Source of the DNA: Candidatus Omnitrophota bacterium
GTDB taxonomy: Bacteria; Omnitrophota; Gorgyraeia; Gygaellales; Profunditerraquicolaceae
DNA length: 64,000 bases
Direction: 5' to 3'
Assembly: GCA_049517335.1 (NCBI GenBank)
Contig: JBEKSD010000002.1
Coordinates: 85,058 to 149,057 of the forward strand
Below, one piece after another: positions 27,163 to 35,943 of this stretch (positions are counted from its first letter, which is position 1; every line of letters starts with the position of its first letter). The notes beneath the pieces are model-generated. The model ran no database searches and was not told the DNA's origin. It was given only the letters and a program-made list of their open reading frames with translations. The position numbers and the translations under genes were made by a program.

Positions 27163-27189
27163 ATACAATAGGGAGGTATAGTATGTCAA
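27163..27189 (-). promoter_or_regulatory. Promoter with a CsoR/RcnR-type operator
   Basis: Minus strand TTGACA-TACTATACCTCCCTATTG-TATGCT; ATAC-(C tract)-GTAT pseudo-palindrome. Confidence 0.6.
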
Positions 27190-27194
27190 GTATT

Positions 27195-27244
27195 TTATTA
27201 AGACCTGCCCGTGCAAATATTAGCTATAATTACATCCTACGGTA
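27195..27244. repeat. 50-bp direct repeat, copy 1 (3' of the MFS gene)
   Basis: 40/50 identical by hand to 28441-28490. Confidence 0.75.
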
Positions 27245-27250
27245 TTAATT

Positions 27251-28432
27251 CTAATCAGAATATGCTTTTTGTTTACTGATAGCGCTAATAAATATTGGTA
27301 AAGCGGCAATCTGTAAGACTACTGAAAAGATAATCAGGGCAGGCAGTGATTTAACATATAGAATTCCCATAATAGCGCTCCCTAAAAACCAGGCAATTCC
27401 AAATCCGGTATCAAATACACCGAATGCTGTGCTTCTCTTATCTCTGGAAATCACATTAGCGAGCGTTGCTTTAAGAAGAGATTCTTGCGCACCCAAGCCA
27501 ATACCCCAGAGTATCATGCCGATAATAATCAAAAAGAACTTGCCCAAGAAGACAAACGGAGCAAAGAATGCCCCGAGGAAAAAGGCAACTAGCATCACCT
27601 TTGGGCCTATTTTGTCTAATAAGCGGCCGAAAATAAGAGAACTGATTCCCGCCATGGCCATAGCTACCGCATAAAGAATCGGAATCCAATGCATGGGAAC
27701 ATTTTTTGTTTTATCAAAATGAAATGCGATTAAAGCAAAATCTGCGAATCCCGCTCCAATCAAGGCTCCACCTGACAGATAAAGCCAGTAAACCTTTGTT
27801 AATCCTTTGGTTTCTAAGCCTACAGCTTCTTTTTTATCTAAATCCTGAGGCTTAGGAAAAAACAATCTTGCAGCTACAAGCATTACTATACACAATAGTG
27901 CTGATATCAAAAGAACGCCATATCCGTATTTATAACTATTTTTTATAAATAACACCCAAGCCACAATTAAAGGACCTATTGTTGCACCAAACTGATCCAT
28001 GAACTCATTAAGCCCGAATACCCAGCCGATACCCATTTCTTTGCCAGCGAAGGAAAGCATGGTCTCTACCGCTGGTTTCCTGATAGCTCTTCCTGTGCGC
28101 TCTAGGATTATCAACACGCAAGCCACGGGCCAATTACCTGCTAAGGCCAAGGCAGGCACGGCAAGCATATTAATTGCATAACCAACAAAGGCAAAAATCC
28201 AATATTTGTGAGTTTTATCGGCAAAAAATCCTGCTATGGAGCGTAGCGCGTAACCGAGTAATTCTCCAAGACCAGCTACAAATCCCACTACAACGGCACT
28301 AGCGCCTAAACTGGATAAAAATGCTCCATTAATACTTCTTCCTCCTTCATAGGTAAAGTCTGCAAATAAATTTACAATGCCTATAATCAGCACAAATTCA
28401 AATGCAAGTTGAGCAATATTCTTTTTATTCAT
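27251..28432 (-). CDS. Major facilitator superfamily transporter
   Basis: About 12 TM segments; FADFTYEGGRS, ERTGRAIRKP, DQFGATIGP, RSTAFGVF. Confidence 0.92.
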   Translation of the reverse strand: MNKKNIAQLAFEFVLIIGIVNLFADFTYEGGRSINGAFLSSLGASAVVVGFVAGLGELLGYALRSIAGFFADKTHKYWIFAFVGYAINMLAVPALALAGNWPVACVLIILERTGRAIRKPAVETMLSFAGKEMGIGWVFGLNEFMDQFGATIGPLIVAWVLFIKNSYKYGYGVLLISALLCIVMLVAARLFFPKPQDLDKKEAVGLETKGLTKVYWLYLSGGALIGAGFADFALIAFHFDKTKNVPMHWIPILYAVAMAMAGISSLIFGRLLDKIGPKVMLVAFFLGAFFAPFVFLGKFFLIIIGMILWGIGLGAQESLLKATLANVISRDKRSTAFGVFDTGFGIAWFLGSAIMGILYVKSLPALIIFSVVLQIAALPIFISAISKQKAYSD

Positions 28433-28440
28433 AATTTTTA

Positions 28441-28490
28441 TTATTAAATCCTGTCCATGCAAATATTAGATATAATTATATCTTGTAGTA
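28441..28490. repeat. 50-bp direct repeat, copy 2 (overlaps the MFS promoter -10)
   Basis: Contains the -10 of a minus-strand TTGAAC-17-TATAAT; similar to 27195-27244. Confidence 0.75.
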
Positions 28491-28535
28491 AGAGATAGTT
28501 CAAGATAATCTGATGCCTTTTTTTAGACTTGTCTG

Positions 28536-28596
28536 AAATTTAAGAGGTGACTCCCGTAAGGACGCCCAGAAATACGGCGCGACAGAAAGACTCTCT
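28536..28596. repeat. Third copy of the GAGGTGACTCCC repeat
   Basis: AAATTTAAGAGGTGACTCCCGTAAGGACGCCCAGAAA...AGAAAGACTCTCT resembles both 22791-22936 units. Confidence 0.7.
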
Positions 28597-28681
28597 ATAT
28601 ATAAGCTTTTATAGTTTATATTTAACTCACTCAACACCTGTCTAACCTTCTCCCTCGAATCTCTACAGTTAAATTCCCTCT

Positions 28682-29818
28682 CTAAAACCTAACATATTTC
28701 TCCGCTTTCTTAATCATCTTAGTTTGCCTGCCTAAGTCTTTGAGAGAGTGAAGCTTTGCTCCATTTTCCCGCAACGCAAGTATCCGCTCAACCATCACCT
28801 GCCCTAAACCGGGAACGCGAAGCAGGTGGTATTTATCAGCATTATTGATATTCACGGGGAAAAACTCCGGGTGCAACCTCGCCCACATCTCTTTTGGGTC
28901 AAGGCTAAGGGATAGATTGCCGTCTGCCTCAAGAGGAATTTCATCACCTAAAAAGCCGTATTTACGGATAAGCCAGTCCGCCTGATAGAGACGGTGCTCG
29001 CGCGTTAAAAGGTCGCTGTTATTGACGCTCGATTGTTCACCGGGCAGTTCAGGAGAGCCTGCGCCGCGCTGGTAAGCGCTAAAATAGATTCGGCTTAAGC
29101 CTAATTCCTTATATAATTTCCAAGAGTAGCTGAGAATCTCCTTGTCTGTTTCTTCTGCAGCACCCACTACAAACTGGGTAGTATGTTTAACTCCTGCGTA
29201 GTAAGAGCCTTTTGCCGTAAGGCGGCTAATGAGCTGTATCGGACGAATGATATCGCGAAGATAATTTTTGGTAGTACTTAGATGCCTGAAATTATTTTCA
29301 CCAGCAGTTTCAATATTTAACGATACAGCGCTTGCCAAGGCAAGGCTTGAGCGAATAGCCGCATCAGATGCGCCGGGAATAATTTTTAAATGAATGTAAC
29401 CCCTGAACTGCTTCCTGCGCAAATTAAGCGCCACGCGGTTAATACGCTCCATAGTAGCATCAGGGCTGTTGCTTACTGCGCTGCTTAAAAAAAGGCCGCT
29501 TACCCTGCAGGTTTTGTAATAGGAAAGAAAGGTACTGGTTAACTCCTCAGGGCTCAAGGAACAGCGCTGGGCGTCTTTCCCAACTCTGAGTGGACAGTAT
29601 TTACAGTTATTGACGCACTCATTAGAAAGCAAGGTCTTAAAAAGATACATGTATCCGCCGTTAGGAAGGGTAACCGGGTATATCCATTTATTATCTTTTG
29701 AGCGCTTGCGGTGCTCATCTTCTCGGGTTGCGCAGGCACAGGCAAGATCGTATTGTGAATCCTGCGATAAAATCGTAAGCTTTTCGGTAGTATCAAGACT
29801 TCTCTTAATTAATGCCAT
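28682..29818 (-). CDS. Putative DNA modification/repair radical SAM protein with HhH
   Basis: KL.IL...SQYDLACAC, NECVNNCKYC, GLFLSS, REHRLYQADWL, LLRVPGLG. Confidence 0.9.
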   Translation of the reverse strand: MALIKRSLDTTEKLTILSQDSQYDLACACATREDEHRKRSKDNKWIYPVTLPNGGYMYLFKTLLSNECVNNCKYCPLRVGKDAQRCSLSPEELTSTFLSYYKTCRVSGLFLSSAVSNSPDATMERINRVALNLRRKQFRGYIHLKIIPGASDAAIRSSLALASAVSLNIETAGENNFRHLSTTKNYLRDIIRPIQLISRLTAKGSYYAGVKHTTQFVVGAAEETDKEILSYSWKLYKELGLSRIYFSAYQRGAGSPELPGEQSSVNNSDLLTREHRLYQADWLIRKYGFLGDEIPLEADGNLSLSLDPKEMWARLHPEFFPVNINNADKYHLLRVPGLGQVMVERILALRENGAKLHSLKDLGRQTKMIKKAEKYVRF

Positions 29819-29820
29819 TT

Positions 29821-30606
29821 TTAGCGAGAACTTACTAAATCCTCTAAGGTTATTTCAGGATTGTGATAACGTTTCCTGTTTAGAGTACTCCTTCCATACT
29901 GGATAGCCTCTTTTGGGCACCATTGAAGGCAGGCAAAGCATTGTTCGCATTTATGCAGCCATTCGGGCTTTCCGTTTACAAGCCTGACATTATTCACCGG
30001 ACAGACCCTTACGCAGATCCCGCAACTATTACATTTATCATTAACCCAGAACCCTTTATCCTGAAACGGTATTGATGGCGATGCCAGATTGTAGATTAGG
30101 CCTGAGAATATCAGGTTGGCCAGAAAATTACCTCGTTTTATCCTGCATTGTTTCCCCTCTCTGATTATCCCGGCTATCTCTTTAATCCTTTTTTTCTCTT
30201 TTTCAAACAGCTTATTTTGTTTCTCTACCGCTAGAGCTCCGTAAAGAACCGTATAATTCCCGGGCATCTGGATAAAAAATCCTGCGCTAAGCTGAATACC
30301 TAAAGATTTAAACAGCCTGGCATTTTGTCCAAGGGTATCTGCAGCCAAGCCGCCCCCTGTAGCAATGGCGAAGAAATATTTACCGGGGTTACCTTTAAAC
30401 TTCTTGATAAAGCGCGTAACGATTAAAGGCATCCCGAATTCATAAACAGGATAAATAATACCTATACAGTCTGCCGATAAATCGAGCTCATTGTTAATTA
30501 CCTGCGCTATATTGATAATACTCGTATCCCTGAGCTCTTTGGCTAAATCCCGCGCTACTTTCAGGCAGTTCCCTGTTCCCGTAAAATAAAAGATAGTTGT
30601 CTTCAA
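29821..30606 (-). CDS. EFR1-family flavodoxin-ferredoxin protein
   Basis: YFTGTGNC, PVY, MPGNY; CNSCGICVRVCP and CEQCFACLQWCP. Confidence 0.92.
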   Translation of the reverse strand: MKTTIFYFTGTGNCLKVARDLAKELRDTSIINIAQVINNELDLSADCIGIIYPVYEFGMPLIVTRFIKKFKGNPGKYFFAIATGGGLAADTLGQNARLFKSLGIQLSAGFFIQMPGNYTVLYGALAVEKQNKLFEKEKKRIKEIAGIIREGKQCRIKRGNFLANLIFSGLIYNLASPSIPFQDKGFWVNDKCNSCGICVRVCPVNNVRLVNGKPEWLHKCEQCFACLQWCPKEAIQYGRSTLNRKRYHNPEITLEDLVSSR

Positions 30607-30630
30607 TTACCCCCTCCCCTCTCCTCTTTT

Positions 30631-31125
30631 CTATCTGTAATTTCCAAATGCAAGCGGGATAGGAAAATCCAACCCCCTTAAGTGCGCGATGACAGCCTGC
30701 AGTTCGTCCTTCTTTACCGAACTTACCTTAATCTTTTCTCCTTCAATTTGAGTTTGCACTTTCAGGCCCAGCCCCTTTATGATAGCTGTCAGCTCTTTTG
30801 CCTTCTCCTTATCTATACCCATACAAATCTCAACTACCTGGCGAAGATACCCTTCAAAAGCCTTTTCAGGGTTATTATATTTTAGAACCTTAAGAGAAAC
30901 ATTCCTTTTAGCCAAACGGGTAAGCAAAATATCGGTAAGGGCACGTAGTTTGAAATCATTATCGGCAATCAAAGTAATGTTTTTCTCCTTGCGGTCATAA
31001 GCAATAGAAGCCTTGCTGTTTTTAAAATCATAGCGCTGCGAGAGCTCCTTATTTGCCTGATTTACCGCATTATCCACTTCCTGCAACTCTACCTCAGAAA
31101 CAATATCAAAAGAAAAATTTGCCAT
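30631..31125 (-). CDS. yajQ: YajQ-family cyclic-di-GMP/nucleotide-binding protein
   Basis: SFDIVSEV..QEVDNAVNQA.KE...RYDFK, KKDELQ.VI, FGNYR. Confidence 0.95.
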   Translation of the reverse strand: MANFSFDIVSEVELQEVDNAVNQANKELSQRYDFKNSKASIAYDRKEKNITLIADNDFKLRALTDILLTRLAKRNVSLKVLKYNNPEKAFEGYLRQVVEICMGIDKEKAKELTAIIKGLGLKVQTQIEGEKIKVSSVKKDELQAVIAHLRGLDFPIPLAFGNYR

Positions 31126-31138
31126 ATCCTATCTCCCG

Positions 31139-32047
31139 TTAAAATAATAAAATCCCAATATAAACAAGATTAACCCCTATATTAACCAAAATCGTGAGTA
31201 AACACATTCTCTCAAGCAGGACACGGTTGTTAAAATTCCCTGAGGCCATTATACAGATAGCTAGAAGAGAAATAACGCCAACCGGTAAATAAAATAAGCC
31301 TCCGGCTAGCGGCAAACCTTTAGTCAAAGAAATCAAAAATATTATAATTCCGCTTATCGCTACTAAGAGATAAATAAAAGCGGCCTTCTCCTTGCCAAGC
31401 CTGACCACTAAATTCCTTTTATTGGCCTGGATATCTGCCTGATAATCAGGGAATTCATTTATTAATATCACATTAAAGATCGAACAGGCAATGGGAATTG
31501 CGATCCAGTTCAGATGAGAATTTATGCTACCTGCTTGCAGGTAAAACCCCACTACCAGAGGAAGCCAACCATAGCTATAGGCTATAAATAACTCCCCAAT
31601 CCCTCTTTTTACCCAGCGCAAAGGTGGTTTTGAATAATAAAAACCGGTAATTATACCGCTTAAGCCCAGAGGTATGGTCCAAGGGCCTGTTTTAAAATAA
31701 AACTGAAGCAGTAACCCAATTGCGCATGCGCTTATTATTATTAAACGACTGGCTAAATCGACTTTGTCTGAAGAAACCAACCCGTCCACAATGACCTGGC
31801 TGCCTCCGTAAAATGGGCTTCTTCCCAGTTTCGCCGAAAACCTGTCTTCATTTATATCATATATCTCTCCGTTAAAATTTGCCGAGAGCATAATAAGCAC
31901 GACCGCGCCAAGCCCCCAAAGAAATACCGGAAAGTTGAAAACTTTTACCGTTCGTAAGGCAAGAAGTGAACCGGCCACAAAAGGCAGTGCACCTGCGAAA
32001 TGAAACGGCAAACGAGCAAGCAAAATCCATTTAATAATCGTTTTCAT
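31139..32047 (-). CDS. UbiA/MenA-family prenyltransferase
   Basis: LARLPF, N..GEIYD, YYSKPP, GIGEL, INEFPDYQAD..ANKRNLVVRLG. Confidence 0.88.
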   Translation of the reverse strand: MKTIIKWILLARLPFHFAGALPFVAGSLLALRTVKVFNFPVFLWGLGAVVLIMLSANFNGEIYDINEDRFSAKLGRSPFYGGSQVIVDGLVSSDKVDLASRLIIISACAIGLLLQFYFKTGPWTIPLGLSGIITGFYYSKPPLRWVKRGIGELFIAYSYGWLPLVVGFYLQAGSINSHLNWIAIPIACSIFNVILINEFPDYQADIQANKRNLVVRLGKEKAAFIYLLVAISGIIIFLISLTKGLPLAGGLFYLPVGVISLLAICIMASGNFNNRVLLERMCLLTILVNIGVNLVYIGILLF

Positions 32048-32438
32048 TTACCTTGGCGCGCAGGGATTTCTTTTCCGAGCGCTTGCGTTTTGCTTCCAGA
32101 ATTTTTAATTTTGCCCTGCGGGAACGCCGGCGCTTCTGCCTGCGGATTTTTTCTCTACGCCTATTTTCTTCGGAAAGCTTTCCTAAGGTCCGGGATTCAA
32201 TCTTTTTTAACAATATTCTTCTGGCGAGCAGCCTATTTGCGGATTGAATTCGTTCCTGCTGACATTTAACTTCAATGCCGGTGGGGATATGGCGCAGATA
32301 TACGCAGGTTGAAACTTTATTTACATTCTGCCCTCCGGGCCCCTGCGCACGGATGAATTTCTCAACAATATCCTTCTCCCGCACGCCCAGGCGCGCCATC
32401 AGTTCACGCGTTTCTTTTTCCTTATCCAAAGCAATCAT
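32031..32438 (-). CDS. Codon-independent release factor-like protein (ArfB/RF-1 GGQ domain)
   Basis: GPGGQNVNKVSTCV.LRHIPTGIEVKCQ.ER.Q..NR; basic C-terminal tail. Confidence 0.9.
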   Translation of the reverse strand: MIALDKEKETRELMARLGVREKDIVEKFIRAQGPGGQNVNKVSTCVYLRHIPTGIEVKCQQERIQSANRLLARRILLKKIESRTLGKLSEENRRREKIRRQKRRRSRRAKLKILEAKRKRSEKKSLRAKVNENDY

Positions 32439-32442
32439 TATT

Positions 32443-32526
32443 TCATTCCGTATTACCCTGTTTTTTTACATTTTTAAATATCATCAAAGTTATCAGGTAG
32501 GCGAAGAAGCCAAAAAGTAAACCCAA
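32443..32526 (-). CDS. Candidate 27-aa single-TM small protein (not in the ORF track)
   Basis: GGGAGG SD 9 nt before TTG; MGLLFGFFAYLITLMIFKNVKKQGNTE*. Confidence 0.35.
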   Translation of the reverse strand: MGLLFGFFAYLITLMIFKNVKKQGNTE

Positions 32527-32544
32527 TAGAATATACCTCCCTTT

Positions 32545-33519
32545 TTAAGAGCCTTCCTTTAATAACGAAGGTTTGATGTTTACTCCAGCAAACCTTTCTT
32601 CTCCGTAGGATTCCTGAATCCAGCCGTTATCCAGACCGAAATTATGCATTATATCCTGCGCCTCTGTATATTCTTTTTCCTTAAGGCGGCGACCGATATC
32701 CGAAAACTCTCTTGCTTTATAATACGGCAGGTATTGGCTCATAAGGCTGATGTAGGTCTCAGGAGAAAGTTCCTCACTTATAAATTTCATAATTGAGTGC
32801 GTTCCCGAAACACCATTGGGTAAAACCAAATGCCTTAGAATAACGCCTCTCTGGATTATGCCTTCCTTGTCAATATCGGCAATGCCTACCTGTCTGTGCA
32901 TTTCTTTAAGGGATGCCTGATTATATTCAGGGTAACTGGGCGCTGATGAATATTTAATTGCCATTGAGCTGTCGCCGTAGCGCATATCAACAAGGTAAAT
33001 ATCCACGATCCCTTCAAGCATCTTTATAATCTCCGGCAATTCATAACCAGACGTATTATAAACTAAAGGTATATTCAGGCCTTGGGGAACGGCAATCAGA
33101 AGGCTTTTTAGGATTTGCGGCATCACGTGGGTAGGCGTCACAAGGTTTATATTATGGCATCCTGACTTTTGCAGTTGCAACATAAAATCCGCCAATTCTT
33201 CAGGTGGCACTTCCCTACCTTGGCCTAATTGACTGAATTCATAGTTCTGACAATATACGCAAGCCATATTGCAGTGGGAAAAAAATATCGTCCCTGAACC
33301 GTTCTTTCCTGAAACAGCCGGCTCTTCCCCGTGATGGCCCATAAAACTACAGACCTTTGCCTTAAGACCCGTCTTACAGAACCCTACCTCACCCTTTTTA
33401 CGGTTAACTTTACATTTACGCGGGCAAATTGAACAGGACTCAAGCATACTAAACGCTTTGTTGGCAATTCTTTGTAGTTTTCCGCTATTAAATGTTTCTA
33501 AATAAGAGGGAGAGCGCAT
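32545..33519 (-). CDS. PflX-like radical SAM protein
   Basis: CSICPRKC, HHGEEP..SG..GSGTIFF.HCNMACVYCQN, HNINLVTPTH, RHLVLP. Confidence 0.92.
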   Translation of the reverse strand: MRSPSYLETFNSGKLQRIANKAFSMLESCSICPRKCKVNRKKGEVGFCKTGLKAKVCSFMGHHGEEPAVSGKNGSGTIFFSHCNMACVYCQNYEFSQLGQGREVPPEELADFMLQLQKSGCHNINLVTPTHVMPQILKSLLIAVPQGLNIPLVYNTSGYELPEIIKMLEGIVDIYLVDMRYGDSSMAIKYSSAPSYPEYNQASLKEMHRQVGIADIDKEGIIQRGVILRHLVLPNGVSGTHSIMKFISEELSPETYISLMSQYLPYYKAREFSDIGRRLKEKEYTEAQDIMHNFGLDNGWIQESYGEERFAGVNIKPSLLKEGS

Positions 33520-34043
33520 ATTTTCTTCAGTTGTTGCCCGTATATTTCCCTTATCCTGGTTAATATATCTATATATTCTTTGGTCTTATAGTCCTGGTAA
33601 GTCCATTCCCCCGGTAGAAAAGTATTATGCTTAAAATACAAAGTTATTTCCGCAAATATCCCTTTGTCCAGATAAATACGGTGGATATAATCTTTAGTAG
33701 TTGCCAAAATATATTTAGCCGAGTCCAGGTATCCCGGGTCAATATTAACCAGGCGTAGCCCAAGCCTAGAAAATTTACCTTCTACTCTGTTAGTAAATAA
33801 TTTTATTTTTACGAGTTCTTGTGGGTATATTAGGTTTGAAAAACTTAAGAATTTCTTTTTTAAGTTGCTGCCGAACTCAAACTCATAGTAATCGGTGAAA
33901 TTAAAGGGGAGGATACTGCTTTCGTAATCAACGGCACCGAATTTTCTTTTTAAGATTGTTTCGGCTTTTTTTAATACGGATTCTTCCTTAAAAATCAGGC
34001 CCATTACCAGTTTGACGGGATTTGCTTTTCTTACCTTCCCCAT
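33498..34043 (-). CDS. DUF4416 family protein
   Basis: F.FTDYY..EFG..L, K..TN..E, R.VNIDPGY, LATTKD..HRIYL..GIFAE.TL, WTY.DY. Confidence 0.88.
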   Translation of the reverse strand: MGKVRKANPVKLVMGLIFKEESVLKKAETILKRKFGAVDYESSILPFNFTDYYEFEFGSNLKKKFLSFSNLIYPQELVKIKLFTNRVEGKFSRLGLRLVNIDPGYLDSAKYILATTKDYIHRIYLDKGIFAEITLYFKHNTFLPGEWTYQDYKTKEYIDILTRIREIYGQQLKKICALPLI

Positions 34044-34423
34044 GTCACTGCGGCAGGAGCTTCCTTAGGCAGGAATTGATTCACATATTGCGAGATCTTC
34101 TTACGCTGGTCTTCCCTTATTCTGTTAAAAAATATGGCGACATTAAATCCGCTACCGTCCGGCTCATCCTGAACCCTCACAATCACGCCGTTACATTCAA
34201 TAGCCAGATGTTTTACTCCCTCACTCATGGCCACAGGGAGGCTTAATTTTATAGCTACCCGCGTAAACGGCGGGATGTACTTATCAATACGGCAATAAGT
34301 GCCGAGGCAGCTAATATTCTGGGTTGCGGTCTTGAAATCAAAGCCGTTGGCCGCTACCTTAAGCGGCAGAGAATGGTCCAGGCGCGGATGCAGCCTTTTC
34401 TCTACGCCTATTTTCTTAATCAT
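34031..34423 (-). CDS. PilZ-domain protein
   Basis: EKRLHPR (RxxxR) and NISCLG (NxSxxG). Confidence 0.88.
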   Translation of the reverse strand: MIKKIGVEKRLHPRLDHSLPLKVAANGFDFKTATQNISCLGTYCRIDKYIPPFTRVAIKLSLPVAMSEGVKHLAIECNGVIVRVQDEPDGSGFNVAIFFNRIREDQRKKISQYVNQFLPKEAPAAVTWGR

Positions 34424-34623
34424 TGTTTCTTCTCCGCTTTTTGCTTCTCCAAAAAGTCTTTATAGCATTTCTTGGCGCAATAGAATTTACCGTCGCGGTA
34501 ATAACGTTTTAGCTTCTTGATAGGTTTATTGCAGGTTATGCAATTTGCCTGTTTCTCTACTTTTGGTTGTTCTGCTACAATTACCGGAGCCGCTACCTGC
34601 GGTGCCTGTGTCTGATCTGCCAT
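34420..34623 (-). CDS. Small Cys-rich (TRASH/Zn-finger-like) protein
   Basis: CITCNKPI...YYRDGKFYCAKKCY; ATGA overlap with the PilZ gene. Confidence 0.72.
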   Translation of the reverse strand: MADQTQAPQVAAPVIVAEQPKVEKQANCITCNKPIKKLKRYYRDGKFYCAKKCYKDFLEKQKAEKKQ

Positions 34624-34648
34624 TTCTTTTTAAATTTCCTTTCGTTGT

Positions 34649-34987
34649 TTAAGCTTGTTGTGTGCTCACGTAATCCGCCAAGTATCCCTTATCAGTCAGC
34701 CCCAATTCTATGAATTCCAGCCCGATATGATTCCTGTAAGAGTGCGGCAGGGGCTGAGTACGGGTAACCTTGCCTATCGCCCTTAATGTCCGCGAAAAAA
34801 TGTTAATTTCCAGCATTAACGGAGTTGCGGGAGGTATGAAACGTTCGCTTACGAACCCTAAACCGCCTAAGCTGATATTATCACAGATTGTGTTATCAAT
34901 ACGGGACTCGCCCCTTACCTGATAAGTAACGGGGGTACGCAGTTCAACACGGGGAAAACGCCTGTTATCTTTTGTAATAGCGGCCAT
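34649..34987 (-). CDS. PilZ-domain protein
   Basis: NRRFPR, DNISLGG, GLEF; start reassigned to ATG 34987. Confidence 0.88.
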   Translation of the reverse strand: MAAITKDNRRFPRVELRTPVTYQVRGESRIDNTICDNISLGGLGFVSERFIPPATPLMLEINIFSRTLRAIGKVTRTQPLPHSYRNHIGLEFIELGLTDKGYLADYVSTQQA

Positions 34988-35041
34988 GATTTCCTTAAAA
35001 AATATTTTAAGAGAAGCCGTGGCTTTCCTTCCCTGTTGTAA

Positions 35042-35102
35042 ATAGTAACACATAATCCAACTGATGTCAATACTTTACAAGGGGGCGTAATTTTGTTATA
35101 AT
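35042..35102. promoter_or_regulatory. Divergent sigma-70 promoters (PilZ operon / exeA)
   Basis: Minus: TTGACA(35070-35065)-17-TACTAT; plus: TTTACA(35074)-17-TATAAT(35097). Confidence 0.65.
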
Positions 35103-35118
35103 CATTGATGAGGAAAAT

Positions 35119-35943
35119 ATGTATTCTGAATTTTTTCAATTAAAAGAGCGCCCCTTTAACGTCACATCAGACCCTGCTTTCTTCTATTTTAGCCGCAAAC
35201 ACAAAGAAGCCCTCTCCCATCTTCTTTACGGCGTCTCCCAGAGAAAAGGGATTATCGTTCTAACCGGAGAAATCGGTACCGGGAAAACTACGCTTTGCCG
35301 CTATTTCTTAAACCAACTCGGCTCAAACGTCAAAACAGCCTTTATCCTTAACCCCCATTTTTCAGAAATGCAATTACTGGAAGCTATAGTCAAGGATTTC
35401 GGCATTACGCCGCGCGATAATTCCCGTCTCGGCTTGGTTAAAGATTTAAATAGATTCCTGCTTAATGAGTCCGAAGCACAGAATAACGTTGTTTTGATTA
35501 TTGACGAAGCCCAGAACCTTAAGACCCAGATGCTTGAGCAGGTACGCCTGCTTTCTAACCTTGAGACCGATAAGGAGAAATTATTACAGGTATTGTTAGT
35601 GGGGCAACCTGAATTAAATAAACGGTTAAATGTTTATGATTTGCGTCAACTCAGACAAAGGATAATGGTCAGGTACCATATCGCTCCGCTAGAGGAAGAC
35701 GAAATAAAAAATTATATTTATCATCGTTTAACCGTTGCGGGCTCGGATGGAAGGATAATCTTTACAGATGAAGCCGTTAAGATGATCTGGAATTTCTCCG
35801 CCGGTACTCCCCGTTTGATTAATATGCTTTGCGATCGTTCGCTCTTAGCCGCCTTTGTCGTCGAAACGCACAAGATTGACGCAGAGATTATAAAAAGAAG
35901 CCTTGAAGAACTGGAAAGTTATTTTGTGGGAGAAAAACTTTGA
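35119..35943 (+). CDS. ExeA/GspA-family AAA ATPase
   Basis: MY..FF.LKERPF.VT.DP, GEIGTGKTT, IIDEAQNL, RLLSNLET..EKLLQ.LLVGQPEL, GTPRLIN. Confidence 0.93.
   Translation: MYSEFFQLKERPFNVTSDPAFFYFSRKHKEALSHLLYGVSQRKGIIVLTGEIGTGKTTLCRYFLNQLGSNVKTAFILNPHFSEMQLLEAIVKDFGITPRDNSRLGLVKDLNRFLLNESEAQNNVVLIIDEAQNLKTQMLEQVRLLSNLETDKEKLLQVLLVGQPELNKRLNVYDLRQLRQRIMVRYHIAPLEEDEIKNYIYHRLTVAGSDGRIIFTDEAVKMIWNFSAGTPRLINMLCDRSLLAAFVVETHKIDAEIIKRSLEELESYFVGEKL

Noticed and set aside
17611-28700. Integron, prophage or IMEX integrated at dif
   Set aside because: No integrase, replication or phage genes, no attC cores and no second dif-like site seen
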